A stretch of DNA of 9,298 nt from Octopus sinensis (Eukaryota). The position numbers and the translations under genes are program-made. The notes under the pieces are model-generated. The model was given only the letters and a program-made list of their open reading frames with translations, was not told where the DNA came from and did no database searches. The DNA lies in the NCBI RefSeq assembly GCF_006345805.1, contig NW_021828002.1, positions 1 through 9,298 on the forward strand. The letters are read 5' to 3'. Shown piece by piece: positions 7,749-9,298 of this stretch; position 1 is the first letter of the stretch; every line of letters begins with the position of its first letter.

Positions 7749-8059
7749 TATGTAGCAGAAATATTTAGCAATGACCAAATTTAGAAATCAGACTCGAACC
7801 ACTATAGTAGGTTCAATTCCATTGCGTGTCACCTCAAGTTAATATCTTCTACCAAAGAGTCGTGAGTAAATCCACTAACTGGAAACTGTGTGGAAGCCTG
7901 TCAGAGGAGGACAGTTGCATACGGCAGTTATCTACTTATATTTCGAAGCAGTTTCGTTTCGAGGCATTGGAGCCGTTGGCAGTTTTCCGGAGGCCTCATG
8001 GGTCTAGGACCTTTTTCTGATCTATGTGGATTAATGTCAATAAATATATACTATAAATT

Positions 8060-8296
8060 CTAGAACTGACTTGCTTGGGGGCCTAACAGGTGTAGAAGCC
8101 CACCTCTGACCTATGAAACTGCAGCTTGCTACCAATAAATGTTATAGGGCCTGTGCATCCATTTAATCGAAGGCCTCTCGGGTCGAAGGGCCCACTTTTG
8201 ATTTATGTATGTTGGACTTTGTTATCAATAAATAAATACCATAAGGCCCAGCGCACTGATTTACCGGGGCCTTATAAGGGTGCTAAGACGGCCCTG
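8060..8296. mobile_element. Possible non-autonomous DNA transposon (MITE) remnant
   Basis: Ends in taagacggccctg (reverse complement cagggccgtctta, TIR-like) and has about six dispersed GGCC(C/T) motifs. The left end match is weak. Confidence 0.35.
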
Positions 8297-8335
8297 TTTT
8301 AGAGCTTAATATTATTTTTGATGAAAAACAGACTC

Positions 8336-9298
8336 GTCATAGTGTCAAGCCACGAGCACATCGAGCTGGTCGGCGAGACACTGAAAGACCACGAAGCGGT
8401 GACAGGAGCAAAAATCAACCGGGAAAAGTCAGTGGGCTTGCGGCTCGGTGCCTGGAGAAGCAAGCCCATGCCGTCCACCAGCGCCTCCGTCGTGGGACGC
8501 TGGACCGACGGCCCGGTTGAGTTGCTCGGGGTCTGGTTCGGTCCGGACCTCCAAATGGAGAAGAACTGGAACGAGATAACGAGTAGGGTGGTCACTCTCG
8601 CCCGGCAATGGGCCGAGAGGAAACTGTCCCTAAAAGGTCGGGCGGAGGTGGCGAACACGTACATCGCGTCCATCATCTACTACCGCCTGACCGTCGTACC
8701 TTGTCCCGACCCTACCATCGCCAAACTAGAACGCATCCTCTTCCGCTTCTTGTGGAAAGGATGCGTCCCGATGGTCAGGCGATCCATTTGCTGTCAACAC
8801 CCGTTAAAAGAGGGCTGGCATGCCGTGGTTGATGATGCGCAGACACGCGCTGAGACTGCGACATCTCCGGCTCTATGTAGACGACGGTGAACAGGTGTGG
8901 TCGCCGTTTGTGAGGCACGCATTCCCGCAACTCGTCTCCATGACCGAACTACAGTCGTGGATCAAAAAGAGGCCGAGGAAGGGCGAATGGCACCGCGAGT
9001 GTCGCGTTGCTCTCAAGCAACTCTGCCGTCCCGGGTCGACCTTGAGTGACTTCAACACAACCAAAGCATTCTATAGGGGATTAGTGGAGGGGAGGTACGA
9101 CGACGAGCTCGGGGCAAACTGGGCGTCGACGAGGAATACCTGACCCGCCTGTTTCAAACGACTTTCGGCCCGGGACCTATGGACAACTTCCAGAGATCCC
9201 TGGCCAGGTGGTGCTACCGAGAAGCGCTACCCGTTCGGGATAAGCTCTATAGGCATGGCTCGAGAAACACGGGGCCGACCTGCCCGAGATGCGGCAGA
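8336..9298 (+). mobile_element. Tx1/L1-clade non-LTR retrotransposon ORF2 fragment (RT C-terminal part to zf-RVT), 5'-truncated and continuing beyond the window
   Basis: Motifs GAKINREKS, LLGVWFG, LSLKGRA, FRFLWKG, reconstructed GGLGMP, and final frame NFQRSLARWCYREALPVRDKLYRHG...CPRCG (start of CCHC knuckle). GC content rises abruptly at ~8336. The YADD motif is absent, just upstream of the junction. Frameshifts at ~8810-8819 and ~9119. Confidence 0.92.

Noticed and set aside
8299-9064. Minus-strand ORFs (125 and 63 aa) and ORF 8608-8832
   Set aside because: They are shadow frames of the GC-rich Tx1-like ORF2.

Overview
Repeat-rich, AT-rich eukaryotic DNA with no supportable host protein-coding gene. 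The SINE families and TA/CA/CATA microsatellites resemble those of octopus (inference from recall, not from a search). Nearly all listed ORFs are microsatellite or antisense artefacts. Contents in order: (1) a 324-bp unit bounded by ~49-bp direct repeats (276-675) containing a minimal type I hammerhead ribozyme on the minus strand (462-509); (2) several tRNA-derived SINEs of about three families; (3) a decayed Penelope-like element ORF missed by the ORF track (RT C-terminus, Cys linker, GIY-YIG endonuclease; minus, 2922-4100), interrupted by a CORE-like SINE with a perfect 13-bp target-site duplication (TSD); (4) two ~99% identical tandem copies (455-bp period) of an RTE-like LINE 3' end with three C2H2-like motifs, inside a (CATA)n tract; (5) a second, variant hammerhead-like motif (6338-6371); (6) a hairpin with 34-bp arms (6699-6774); (7) a GC-rich, 5'-truncated Tx1/L1-clade LINE ORF2 running off the right edge. 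The best candidate for something new is the hammerhead-bearing, terminally redundant unit, which may be a retrozyme or a Penelope pseudo-LTR.
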